Shown here piece after piece: positions 1 through 7,613 of a stretch of DNA of 36,165 nucleotides. Made by a program: the position numbers and the translations under genes. Every line of letters begins with the position of its first letter. Position 1 is the stretch's first letter. Source of the stretch: a virus (Duplodnaviria; Caudoviricetes); IMG/VR virus record IMGVR_UViG_3300025030_000285, positions 1-36,165 of that record. One strand, written 5' to 3'. The notes beneath the pieces are model-generated. The model made no database searches and was not told where the DNA came from. It saw only the letters and a program-made list of their open reading frames with translations.

Positions 1-1
1 A

Positions 2-451
2 AATGATTTAGATTTTTACAAACAATATCTAAGAAAAGAACAAATAGATAATAGAGATACATATGATAAAGTTTTAAATGGATATAATGAATTTAGAACT
101 GAGATTAAAGACCTTGGTAATATGGGTATAAGTAGTAAATCTAATGATGATAAACATGATGACAGTTTAGAAGCACAAACCAAAGGAATATATGAAGGGT
201 TTAAAAAGAAAATGGTTGAAATATGTCCTAATGTTTATGAATTAGTAAATTACTTAGTGGAAATATTTTATGTCAAATATCCAAAATTCAATAAAGATTT
301 TTTATGGAATATTTATGGAAAATATTTGTTTTCAAATGTTAAATTACATAATAAGATTAACAAAGGACAAGTATTATTCCCTATGCCAAATAAAAATGGA
401 GAAATTGAGTATTTAAATAAGAAATTTAAATTACAAGAGGTGAAAATATGA
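2..451 (+). CDS. C-terminal part of a probable YonO-like (RdRP-like, DNA-dependent) phage RNA polymerase; 5' end lies outside the window
   Basis: Frame is open from base 2 (NDLDFYKQYLRKE...), so the ATG at 122 is internal. The tail ELVNYLVEIFY...KDFLWNIYGKYL...FPMPNKNGEIEYLNKKF resembles YonO-family C-termini as I recall them, and the position upstream of HU and the head module matches SPbeta. The catalytic motif is not visible here. Confidence 0.6.
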   Translation, partial: NDLDFYKQYLRKEQIDNRDTYDKVLNGYNEFRTEIKDLGNMGISSKSNDDKHDDSLEAQTKGIYEGFKKKMVEICPNVYELVNYLVEIFYVKYPKFNKDFLWNIYGKYLFSNVKLHNKINKGQVLFPMPNKNGEIEYLNKKFKLQEVKI

Positions 452-1284
452 TTCAGTTTAGATATAATGAAAAGAAATATGCAGAAGAGATATTAAAAAA
501 AGGTTTTTTAACTCAATATCACAGATATGAATTAAAAATATTAGTTAAATATTATAAAGAAGTGTTAGCAGAAAAAGCAAGTGAAAGGAAAAAATTAGTA
601 TATCAGTTTTGCGAAAATAATATAGTAAAATTCAATAGAGTAAAATACTTCAAAATAATTAATTCAGCTTTAGCGTATGGCAGTAAGAGAATAAATAAAT
701 TAATTTTAATAGAAAGTATTCCGATTACAAAAAATGAGATTAAATATATTAATGGGTTGGAAATTGATAGTGTGCATAAAAAAATATTATTTACGTTTAT
801 TGTAAAAAATAAATTGAATAAAGAAATGTCTAAGCAGATATATGGAAAAGTTTCTGATTATAATATATTTGGTGGAAAAACAGAATCGTACAAAGAAGTA
901 TTTGAAATGTCTAGATTGTCTGGAGAATATGATATTAATAAATTAGTAAATGGTTTATCAAATTTAGGTTATGTTGATGTGAGGACTAGGGGTAAGATTA
1001 ATTTATCTTTTATAGATGATATTGTGGTTGACAAAGATGACAAAGGTAATAAAATTGACAATATTGTTTTTGAGATAACTAATTTTGATAATGTTGGATA
1101 TTATTTTGATTGGTATAATGGAGATGATAAATACATGAAGTGTGAGAATGAAGTTTGTGGAGAGATTATTAAAAAGACAAATGGTAATATAAAATATTGC
1201 ATAGATTGTGCGAAGAAAATGCAGTTTAATCAAAAGAAAGAGTGGGATCAAACAAAGAGAATCCGAAAAGCTGATAAACCTTGA
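448..1284 (+). CDS. Hypothetical phage protein with possible winged helix and C-terminal Zn finger
   Basis: 278 aa; ATGA overlap with upstream stop; RBS GAGGTG; CENEVC...CIDC motif. Confidence 0.8.
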   Translation: MIQFRYNEKKYAEEILKKGFLTQYHRYELKILVKYYKEVLAEKASERKKLVYQFCENNIVKFNRVKYFKIINSALAYGSKRINKLILIESIPITKNEIKYINGLEIDSVHKKILFTFIVKNKLNKEMSKQIYGKVSDYNIFGGKTESYKEVFEMSRLSGEYDINKLVNGLSNLGYVDVRTRGKINLSFIDDIVVDKDDKGNKIDNIVFEITNFDNVGYYFDWYNGDDKYMKCENEVCGEIIKKTNGNIKYCIDCAKKMQFNQKKEWDQTKRIRKADKP

Positions 1285-1334
1285 AACCCTACTCCCACAG
1301 CGATTTCAGAAATATTATAAACAATGCTTGTAAT

Positions 1335-1389
1335 GATAGGGTATAGTAATATAATCCCTATCTTATAAGCGTTTGGTCGATACGCTTAT
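1335..1389 (+). promoter_or_regulatory. Two adjacent inverted repeats (terminator or regulatory hairpins)
   Basis: GATAGGG 1335-1341 / CCCTATC 1356-1362; ATAAGCGT 1365-1372 / ACGCTTAT 1382-1389. Confidence 0.45.
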
Positions 1390-1446
1390 GAAACATAATA
1401 TTAAAAACAAAAACTCCAAACTAAAAGGAGCATCAAACAACAAACA

Positions 1447-1893
1447 TTGGAAAAAATCACAAAACAAGAAACACAATACTTAATCTCTAAAAACATAATC
1501 CATCAAAAACATGGAAATTATGGAGAATCCCTAGTAGTAATAGGAAAATTTAGTAGTGGTAGGCGTAAACAACGCTATGTAACCCCACCTGTATACAATC
1601 TACTCTTAAAACTAAAGAAAAAAGATAGATTAGAGCAATATTTCAATCTAAATAACACTATATTCTCTCAAAACTACAGATTAGAAGGTATTGATAAAAT
1701 CTATTATATCTTTGACTATGCAGTATTTGAGGATGAATCAAGAACTAAATTAAAATATCTAATAGAGTTTTATAATGGTGATTATTATGACAAATTCAAA
1801 GTTGATTCTTGTAGTATTAATGGTATTAAGTTACTAAGAATTAAGTATGATGAATTTGTTAATATTGAAGAAGTTGTAAATTGTGTCTTATGA
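1447..1893 (+). CDS. Small basic protein fused to a shortened Vsr/DUF559-like nuclease domain
   Basis: TTG start after AAAGGAG. C-terminus FDYAVFEDESRTKLKYLIEF...DKFKVDSCSINGIKLLRIKYDEF parallels the C-terminus of ORF 20888-22366. Confidence 0.65.
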   Translation: MEKITKQETQYLISKNIIHQKHGNYGESLVVIGKFSSGRRKQRYVTPPVYNLLLKLKKKDRLEQYFNLNNTIFSQNYRLEGIDKIYYIFDYAVFEDESRTKLKYLIEFYNGDYYDKFKVDSCSINGIKLLRIKYDEFVNIEEVVNCVL

Positions 1894-1932
1894 TACAAAG
1901 TAATAAAATAAATAGTAGAGGATTGGTTTATA

Positions 1933-3186
1933 TTGCCCGATAAACCATGTCAATCACCTTACATTGATTCAAATGTATTAATGGATCATCCTAAAAAAGT
2001 TTTTGAAGATTTTTCAGATTCAGGGATACAATTATCGGGATTTGTGCTTGGTGAATTAGACAATTTGAAGAAAAATGGAAAATCAGAAGAGGTAAAATTT
2101 CAGGCCCGTAGAGCGACTAGATATATAAATGCCAATCGAGACAAAATTACATATATCATCGATGAAACAGATTATAATAATCTTCCTTCATGCTTTGATA
2201 AGGGGATTATGGATAATAAAATCATCTCACTCCTGAAGGTTTTGTACGAAAAAGATAATAATACAATTGCTTATAGTAATGATATGTTATTTAGAGCTAA
2301 ATGTGATTCTCTTAATATTCCTTGTAAACAATATGAACCTACAGATTATGACGATAAAAAATATACTGGCTACACAATCTTAGACATGTCAGAATATGAA
2401 TTAGCTAATTGGTATGAATCAGAAACCAAAGCAAATCTATGGAATCTAAATATCAATGAATACCTATTACTCAAAGTTAACAATTCAATTGTTGATAAGC
2501 AAAGATGGACACAACAAGGATTTAAAAGCATTGTGAAAAAAGACTTTAAAAGCATGATGTTTGGAAATCTAAAACCAAAAGATATATTCCAAGAACTATG
2601 TATTGATAGTTTGCATAATAATCAATTTACTGCTATTACAGGAAAACCAGGAAGTGGAAAAAGTCTTTGTAGTTTAATGTATATTATGTGGGCATTACAA
2701 TATCAAAAATATGACACTTGTGTAGTAATGTATAATCCTACAAAAGTGCGCGGAGCAGTTGATATGGGATTTTATAGTGGTGATTCCGTTCAAAAGGGTA
2801 TGCAAAATTTTATCGGCAATATGCTTATCACTAAATTTGGCGATAAAGGCATTGTAGATAATTTAATTACACAAGATAAGATTAGATTAATACCTATGGC
2901 AGACAGTCGAGGAATGGAAATAACTGATAATCAAATTCTATATATCACTGAGGCACAAAATACAACACCTGATTTAATGAAACTTGCTTTATCCAGATGT
3001 AGTAAGGATGCAAAAATCATAATTGAAGGTGATCCATATCAGCAGGTAGACAAGGTTGAATATGTTGGTAAAAATAATGGGTTGCTCAAAGCAATAGAAG
3101 TGTTTAAAAATGAGGATATGTTTGGTTGTATACATCTTCCCAATGTTTGGAGAAGTAGGATGGCAGATATATCTGATAAAATGTAA
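1933..3186 (+). CDS. phoH: PIN domain + PhoH-like ATPase (PhoH2/YlaK type)
   Basis: PIN motifs IDSNVLM, VLGELDNLK, MDNKI, SND; Walker A GKPGSGKS; RG..I, EAQN and EGDPYQQ PhoH motifs. Confidence 0.9.
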   Translation: MPDKPCQSPYIDSNVLMDHPKKVFEDFSDSGIQLSGFVLGELDNLKKNGKSEEVKFQARRATRYINANRDKITYIIDETDYNNLPSCFDKGIMDNKIISLLKVLYEKDNNTIAYSNDMLFRAKCDSLNIPCKQYEPTDYDDKKYTGYTILDMSEYELANWYESETKANLWNLNINEYLLLKVNNSIVDKQRWTQQGFKSIVKKDFKSMMFGNLKPKDIFQELCIDSLHNNQFTAITGKPGSGKSLCSLMYIMWALQYQKYDTCVVMYNPTKVRGAVDMGFYSGDSVQKGMQNFIGNMLITKFGDKGIVDNLITQDKIRLIPMADSRGMEITDNQILYITEAQNTTPDLMKLALSRCSKDAKIIIEGDPYQQVDKVEYVGKNNGLLKAIEVFKNEDMFGCIHLPNVWRSRMADISDKM

Positions 3187-3315
3187 ATGTATGTTATTTT
3201 CGGTACTACCAATGAGTAGATACCTTAGTGGATAAAAATTACTCCTTTGATTGAGGGAGTAGAAAAATAAATTATGATTAAATACTCCCTCTTTATTAAT
3301 TTAAAGGAGGGTAGA

Positions 3316-4344
3316 ATGTCTAAAGCAAAGACTTATGAAGATATTAGAGACTATTTTAAAAGTAAAGGTGATTATATTGTAGTAACCACTAAAGAAGAGT
3401 TTAAAGAACAAACAAAATATAGTAAACCAACAACTATATGTTTAATAATTCAAGATAAAGACAAGTATTATTATAATATAACATATCATAATTTTAGAAT
3501 AAAACAAGATCCCTTTAAATTTATTAAATTTAATAAATTTAATCCATATACAATATATAATATAAAATTATGGTGTAAATTAAACAATAAACCATTTGAA
3601 TTAGTCAGTGATATATATGATGGTAATGGTAAAAAACTTAAATGGAGATGTTTAAAAGAAGAGTGCGGAGGAATATTTGAATCAAGTTGGGCGGATATTT
3701 CTCAAGATCATGGTTGTGGTATATGTCACGGTAAACAAGTTGGTTTATCTAATTGTTTGGCAACAAAAAATCCAGAACTTGCTAAAGAATGGCATCGTAC
3801 TTTCAATGGAGATTTGACTCCTTATGATGTTACTTTTTGTAGCAACAAAGAAGTTTGGTGGCAATGTAAAGATAATCCTATACATGTGTGGCAAGCAAAA
3901 ATATCTAATAGGAAAAACGGTAAGGGGTGTCCAGAATGTAGTGAATCAAAAGGTGAAAAAGAATGTAGAAAAGTTTTTATTAAAAAAGAATTTGTTGAGA
4001 TAAATCAAACAGATTATGATAATTATTTAGACAATCATAATAATAACTATTTTATACCACAAAAAACATTTGAAGGTTTGCGAGGAGTTGGTAATGGATT
4101 ATTATCTTATGATTTTTATTTATCAAAATATAATCTTCTTGTAGAATATCAAGGTATTCAACATGAAGGTTTTTGCAAGGGTTTACACAAATCTATTGAA
4201 GACTTCGAAAAACAAGTAGAACATGATAGGCGTAAGAAAGAATATGCCCTATCAAATGGATATAATTTTCTAGAAGTTTGGTACTGGGATTTTGAGAATA
4301 TTGAAGAAATACTTAAAAAAGAATTTTCTAAATATGAAACATAA
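3316..4344 (+). CDS. Free-standing homing-endonuclease-like protein (zinc ribbon + Vsr/DUF559-like nuclease)
   Basis: ATG 3316 follows SD AGGAGGG. NPELAKEWH...SNKEVWWQC...H.W...GCPEC zinc ribbon; SKGE, YDFYL, VEYQGIQH, HDRRKKEYA nuclease motifs. Confidence 0.8.
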   Translation: MSKAKTYEDIRDYFKSKGDYIVVTTKEEFKEQTKYSKPTTICLIIQDKDKYYYNITYHNFRIKQDPFKFIKFNKFNPYTIYNIKLWCKLNNKPFELVSDIYDGNGKKLKWRCLKEECGGIFESSWADISQDHGCGICHGKQVGLSNCLATKNPELAKEWHRTFNGDLTPYDVTFCSNKEVWWQCKDNPIHVWQAKISNRKNGKGCPECSESKGEKECRKVFIKKEFVEINQTDYDNYLDNHNNNYFIPQKTFEGLRGVGNGLLSYDFYLSKYNLLVEYQGIQHEGFCKGLHKSIEDFEKQVEHDRRKKEYALSNGYNFLEVWYWDFENIEEILKKEFSKYET

Positions 4345-4428
4345 AATAACAAATCAACAAATTAAAAACACAGGTCTGACATCAAAGATGTGCAGATACT
4401 ATTAAAGAATAAAAGGGGATATATTAAA

Positions 4429-4707
4429 ATGGTAAACAAGAAAGATATTATTACACGTATGGCTCAAATCGTTGAAGGTACAAAAGTAGAAAGCGAAAAA
4501 CAATTAAATGCATTTCTGCAAGTTTTAGAAGAATGCGTTGAAACAAAAGAGGATGTTAAAGTTGGAAGTCATTTTGGAATGGAAATTGTAGGACGTGCTA
4601 GTAGGTCGGGAAGAAATCCGCAAAATGGTGAAACAATTCAAATTCCTGCAAAAAATGCAATTAAGACAACTATTTATAAGTCTCTTAAAGATAAAGTTGT
4701 ACAGTAA
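4429..4707 (+). CDS. hup: HU-family histone-like DNA-binding protein
   Basis: MVNKKDII start after AAAGGGGA; hallmark RSGRNPQNGETIQIPAK. Confidence 0.92.
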   Translation: MVNKKDIITRMAQIVEGTKVESEKQLNAFLQVLEECVETKEDVKVGSHFGMEIVGRASRSGRNPQNGETIQIPAKNAIKTTIYKSLKDKVVQ

Positions 4708-4718
4708 ATATAATAATT

Positions 4719-4784
4719 TTGTGCTATCAGTGTTAGTCCCCTATATTCAATAGATATCATTGGATATAGGGCAGGATAGCACAA
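4719..4784 (+). other. Long bulged hairpin between HU and the tRNA
   Basis: TTGTGCTATC 4719-4728 / GATAGCACAA 4775-4784 enclosing CCCTATATTCAAT / ATTGGATATAGGG (one G-U pair). Confidence 0.7.
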
Positions 4785-4793
4785 TTACAATAA

Positions 4794-4868
4794 GCCGATA
4801 TAGCTCAATAGTAGAGCAACACACTTGTAATGTGTAGGTTGTGGGTGCAAGTCCTATTATCGGCTCCA
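4794..4868 (+). tRNA. tRNA-Thr (anticodon UGU) with encoded CCA
   Basis: Acceptor GCCGATA/TATCGGC; D arm GCTC/GAGC; anticodon arm ACACA-CTTGTAA-TGTGT; T arm GTGGG-TGCAAGT-CCTAT; ends TCCA. Confidence 0.95.
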
Positions 4869-4932
4869 TATAAATTAGTATAAGGTAAATTATCAATCAT
4901 AAAATAAAATTAAAGGTGGAATTTATTAATAT

Positions 4933-5127
4933 ATGGCAAATTTGAATAATCAATTCTGTGAATCATGTGTAAAAGCCAGTGTATGCGAATGGTCTACTAA
5001 ATTGTATAAACTTGAAGGAACAGAAAAGAAACCCGGCATCTTAGATATTACAATTAATGGTTGTGAACAATATTTATCTTTAGATGGGGAATCTGAGGAT
5101 GCTGAAGATCAGGAAGATGACGATTAA
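4933..5127 (+). CDS. Small Cys-rich protein with acidic tail
   Basis: 64 aa; RBS AAAGGTGG; CESC....C...C; D/E-rich C-terminus. Confidence 0.75.
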   Translation: MANLNNQFCESCVKASVCEWSTKLYKLEGTEKKPGILDITINGCEQYLSLDGESEDAEDQEDDD

Positions 5128-5134
5128 TACCTTA

Positions 5135-5870
5135 CCATACCACAATATGAGATATAATTGATAGTCTAACATTTGATATATCACTTAAAGAAATGGTGTG
5201 GCATCGTTAACTTTTAGACGATATATCAAATGAATTGACTGCGACACTACTATTGTGGTCTGATAATTTATCTAGAGAGTGATGATGTGTACAATTGTTA
5301 CTCTCACAGAAAAACATAATAAGCATAGTTTTTGCTAGGCGAAATTTTAATATTAATTATTAGCTATAATTAATATTACTAAGAAGTTAAAGATTTTTAG
5401 ATGCTTATAATTAGATTCTTTTCTTACTAAATACTTTCCTCTATAAATTGTTGTGGTGATGATTTTTTGGAAATTGCATAAGCCAAACAACAACAATAAA
5501 TAAAAACTTATTTTAGGGTTTAATAAAATTAGGTTAACGTGAGTGTAATTACGAACCTTCCCTAAAATCATGTGCATAAGTTAGTAAGCCCTTGAAATAC
5601 AGGTATTGCTCTGAAAATAGTATGAGGTTTTTAGATGCATTTTTGCTTGTATTATGAAGGGATTGTAGAAGTGTAAACTTCCTCGAATTATAACTAATTC
5701 GGTTCAAGTGCAATTCCTTCATAATAATAAATAATGGGTGGACAGGGCAGTAAAAAAAACATAAGTCCAACCACAACAAAATGAATTGAGTTAACAACTC
5801 TAACAAAGAAGATTTATATTTTGGCTTTACGCCACCAAGAGCAAGATTTAAACTTTTAAAATTTAAAATT
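5135..5870 (+). ncRNA. Candidate large structured non-coding RNA, or a cluster of structured RNAs
   Basis: ~740 nt without a credible ORF. Stems include 5139-5147/5251-5259, 5170-5182/5220-5232, 5510-5518/5560-5568 and 5650-5667/5709-5726, with mismatches that read as G-U on the + strand. Confidence 0.5.
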
Positions 5871-5889
5871 AAAGGGGATAAATAAAAAT

Positions 5890-6531
5890 ATGACAACTGA
5901 AACAATGACAATCCACAAAGCATTATCAGAACTAAAAGTAATTGGTGCAAGAATTGATAAAACTATTTCCCAAGGGGTATATTGCAAAGCAAATAAACAC
6001 TCTAATGATAAAATTAATGGTGTATCAGTAGATGAATTTAAAACACAAATCCAAGCTAGTTGGAATAAAGCAAATGACTTAATTAGTCGCAGAAATGCAA
6101 TTAAAAGAGCAACTGTTTTATCTAATGCAACTACTAAAGTTAAAATTGGTGACAATGAAATGACAGTAGCAGAAGCAATTGAGATGAAAAATAGTGGAAT
6201 GTTATATAAGAAAACTCTGATGAATACTATGAGTCAACATTATGTACATTCTATTCAAATTATAGATAAGGAAAATGGTGAAACATTAAATCAAAAGGCA
6301 GAAAACTATGTAATTGGATTATTTGGTTCAAAAGAAGGGAAGACAAATACTGATGAACTTGAAAAAGTTAGAAAGGAATTTATTCTCAATAATTCTTTTG
6401 AATTTGTAGATCCGATTAAAGTTAAAGATAAGATTGATGAATTGGAGAAAGAAATTTTAGAGTTTGAGAGTGAAATTGATTCCAGTTTATCAACAAGCAA
6501 TGCTCTAACAGTGATAGAAATTGAATATTAA
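5890..6531 (+). CDS. Predicted coiled-coil/helical protein of unknown function, adjacent to a repeat-containing structured element
   Basis: 213 aa; RBS AAAGGGGA; heptad-rich helices; MTIHKALSELK and MTVAEAIEMK motifs; ends LSTSNALTVIEIEY. Confidence 0.9.
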   Translation: MTTETMTIHKALSELKVIGARIDKTISQGVYCKANKHSNDKINGVSVDEFKTQIQASWNKANDLISRRNAIKRATVLSNATTKVKIGDNEMTVAEAIEMKNSGMLYKKTLMNTMSQHYVHSIQIIDKENGETLNQKAENYVIGLFGSKEGKTNTDELEKVRKEFILNNSFEFVDPIKVKDKIDELEKEILEFESEIDSSLSTSNALTVIEIEY

Positions 6532-6546
6532 TCCATAAGAAATAAC

Positions 6547-6913
6547 TACTTACTGCTTTCTGAAAACTTTTAACCATAATTGACAAGTCTTTTATGTACT
6601 TAGACTGGTTTAATAAATATAAAGAAAGTACATATTATTTGCATCTTTCACAGGATGTGCAGAAAAACAAAAATTAATAGATTAACCGACACCTTAATGG
6701 AAAGTCGGTTACATATTAAACTATATGATTTTAAAGATTCTGTAAAGATTAAAGTTTAAGACTAAACGCTTAAAGATAAAAATTCAAAGTTTAATAAGTG
6801 TAAAGTTTAAGACTTAAAGAGTAAGTAATAAAGATTGATTAAATCCCTGATAAAACGGTTTGGTATGATTATGCTTGACCAAAAGTATCCGCAGGGCTGG
6901 AAAGCAGTAAGTA
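6547..6913 (+). ncRNA. Candidate ~367-nt structured RNA with an internal 7-nt repeat array
   Basis: Perfect 14-bp closing stem TACTTACTGCTTTC 6547-6560 / GAAAGCAGTAAGTA 6900-6913; several internal hairpins; no ORF. Confidence 0.7.
6743..6846 (+). repeat. Degenerate heptamer tandem array, consensus TAAAGNT, about 14 units
   Basis: taaagat taaagtt taagac taaacgct taaagat aaaaatt caaagtt taataagtg taaagtt taagact taaagag taagtaa taaagat (tgat) taaatcc; TAAAGTTTAAGACT occurs exactly at 6750 and 6801. Confidence 0.85.
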
Positions 6914-7128
6914 TTATATAAATTATAATAAAATATGGAGGCATTTGTCTCCCTTGGTATTTTTGATATGGGAGAGTTTAATTATCTCTCCCCTTCCAAT
7001 AAACTAAATAGGTTTTGCAAGTTATATCCTAAATAAAAAACTTGCAACTATTAATAATTATAATAATACAAGAAAAACTGTTTTTATAGAGTCATTATTC
7101 TCTAAAAGGAGGATTAAACAATTATCAA

Positions 7129-7431
7129 ATGAAACTAAATAAAGGAACTCAAGTACAAATCCTAGACAACTCTAATTGGCATGGATTATTTGCAATTGTT
7201 GATGACATTGTAAATATTGATGATAATAATATTAATATTCCAGTGCTATATTATGTTTGTAAGCCGACAGAGAAATATTATGTTTATAGTTATTTGGAAG
7301 ATAAGATTAGGATTGTTGAAGAAGAATTATGTTGTCCAAATTGCGGAAAACAAAGATATTGGATTAAATATTTTGTCAATAAGAATATAATGTTCTGTCA
7401 AGATTGTCAATATCATGAGGATATAAAATAA
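7129..7431 (+). CDS. Hypothetical protein with C-terminal zinc ribbon
   Basis: 100 aa; strong RBS AAAGGAGG; CPNC...CQDC. Confidence 0.8.
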   Translation: MKLNKGTQVQILDNSNWHGLFAIVDDIVNIDDNNINIPVLYYVCKPTEKYYVYSYLEDKIRIVEEELCCPNCGKQRYWIKYFVNKNIMFCQDCQYHEDIK

Positions 7432-7447
7432 TTTCAATAATCATAAA

Positions 7448-7499
7448 TTACAACAGATTAAATTCCTTTATTTTTGTAGAGGAATTTTTTGTGTTGTAA
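7448..7499 (+). terminator. Probable intrinsic terminator
   Basis: AAATTCCT/AGGAATTT stem followed by a T-run, inside an outer TTACAACA/TGTTGTAA pair. Confidence 0.55.
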
Positions 7500-7507
7500 A
7501 TAACACA

Positions 7508-7602
7508 AATAAGCAGACTAGACTGATCATCGAAAAGCGTAATCCTTAACGCCTGTTTGCTTATTATTTAAATTAAGGAAACAAATAAAAATATTGAAGG
7601 AG
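7508..7602 (+). promoter_or_regulatory. Structured leader (junction with anti-SD loop) of ORF 7614
   Basis: Outer stem 7508-7518/7555-7565; CTAG...GAAAAG...CCTG junction; loop segment TCCTTAA is complementary to TTAAGGA 7573-7579 and partly to SD GAAGGAG. Confidence 0.55.
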
Positions 7603-7613
7603 ATGTTTAAGAA

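Noticed and set aside
4054-4165. Diversity-generating retroelement TR/VR pair with ~28643-28755
   Set aside because: Differences are not adenine-specific and no reverse transcriptase is present in the window; nuclease paralogy explains the similarity.
5659-5720. Second tRNA
   Set aside because: There is a cloverleaf-like look with GGTTCAAG, but no pairable T stem, no 7-nt anticodon loop and no CCA.
5353-6155. Minus-strand ORFs at 5353, 5549 and 5856
   Set aside because: No clear RBS, atypical Leu/Phe-rich composition, and they oppose the uniform + strand organisation; 5856 shadows the real gene.
6743-6846. CRISPR array or type III toxin-antitoxin repeats
   Set aside because: Units are only ~7 nt with no spacers. 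Type III antitoxin repeats are several tens of nt long and lie upstream of the toxin gene, and no cas or ToxN-like gene is evident.
7508-7565. Hammerhead ribozyme or c-di-GMP riboswitch
   Set aside because: It has CTGATCA rather than CTGANGA, the second copy lacks this entirely, and the c-di-GMP-I consensus elements are not recognisable.
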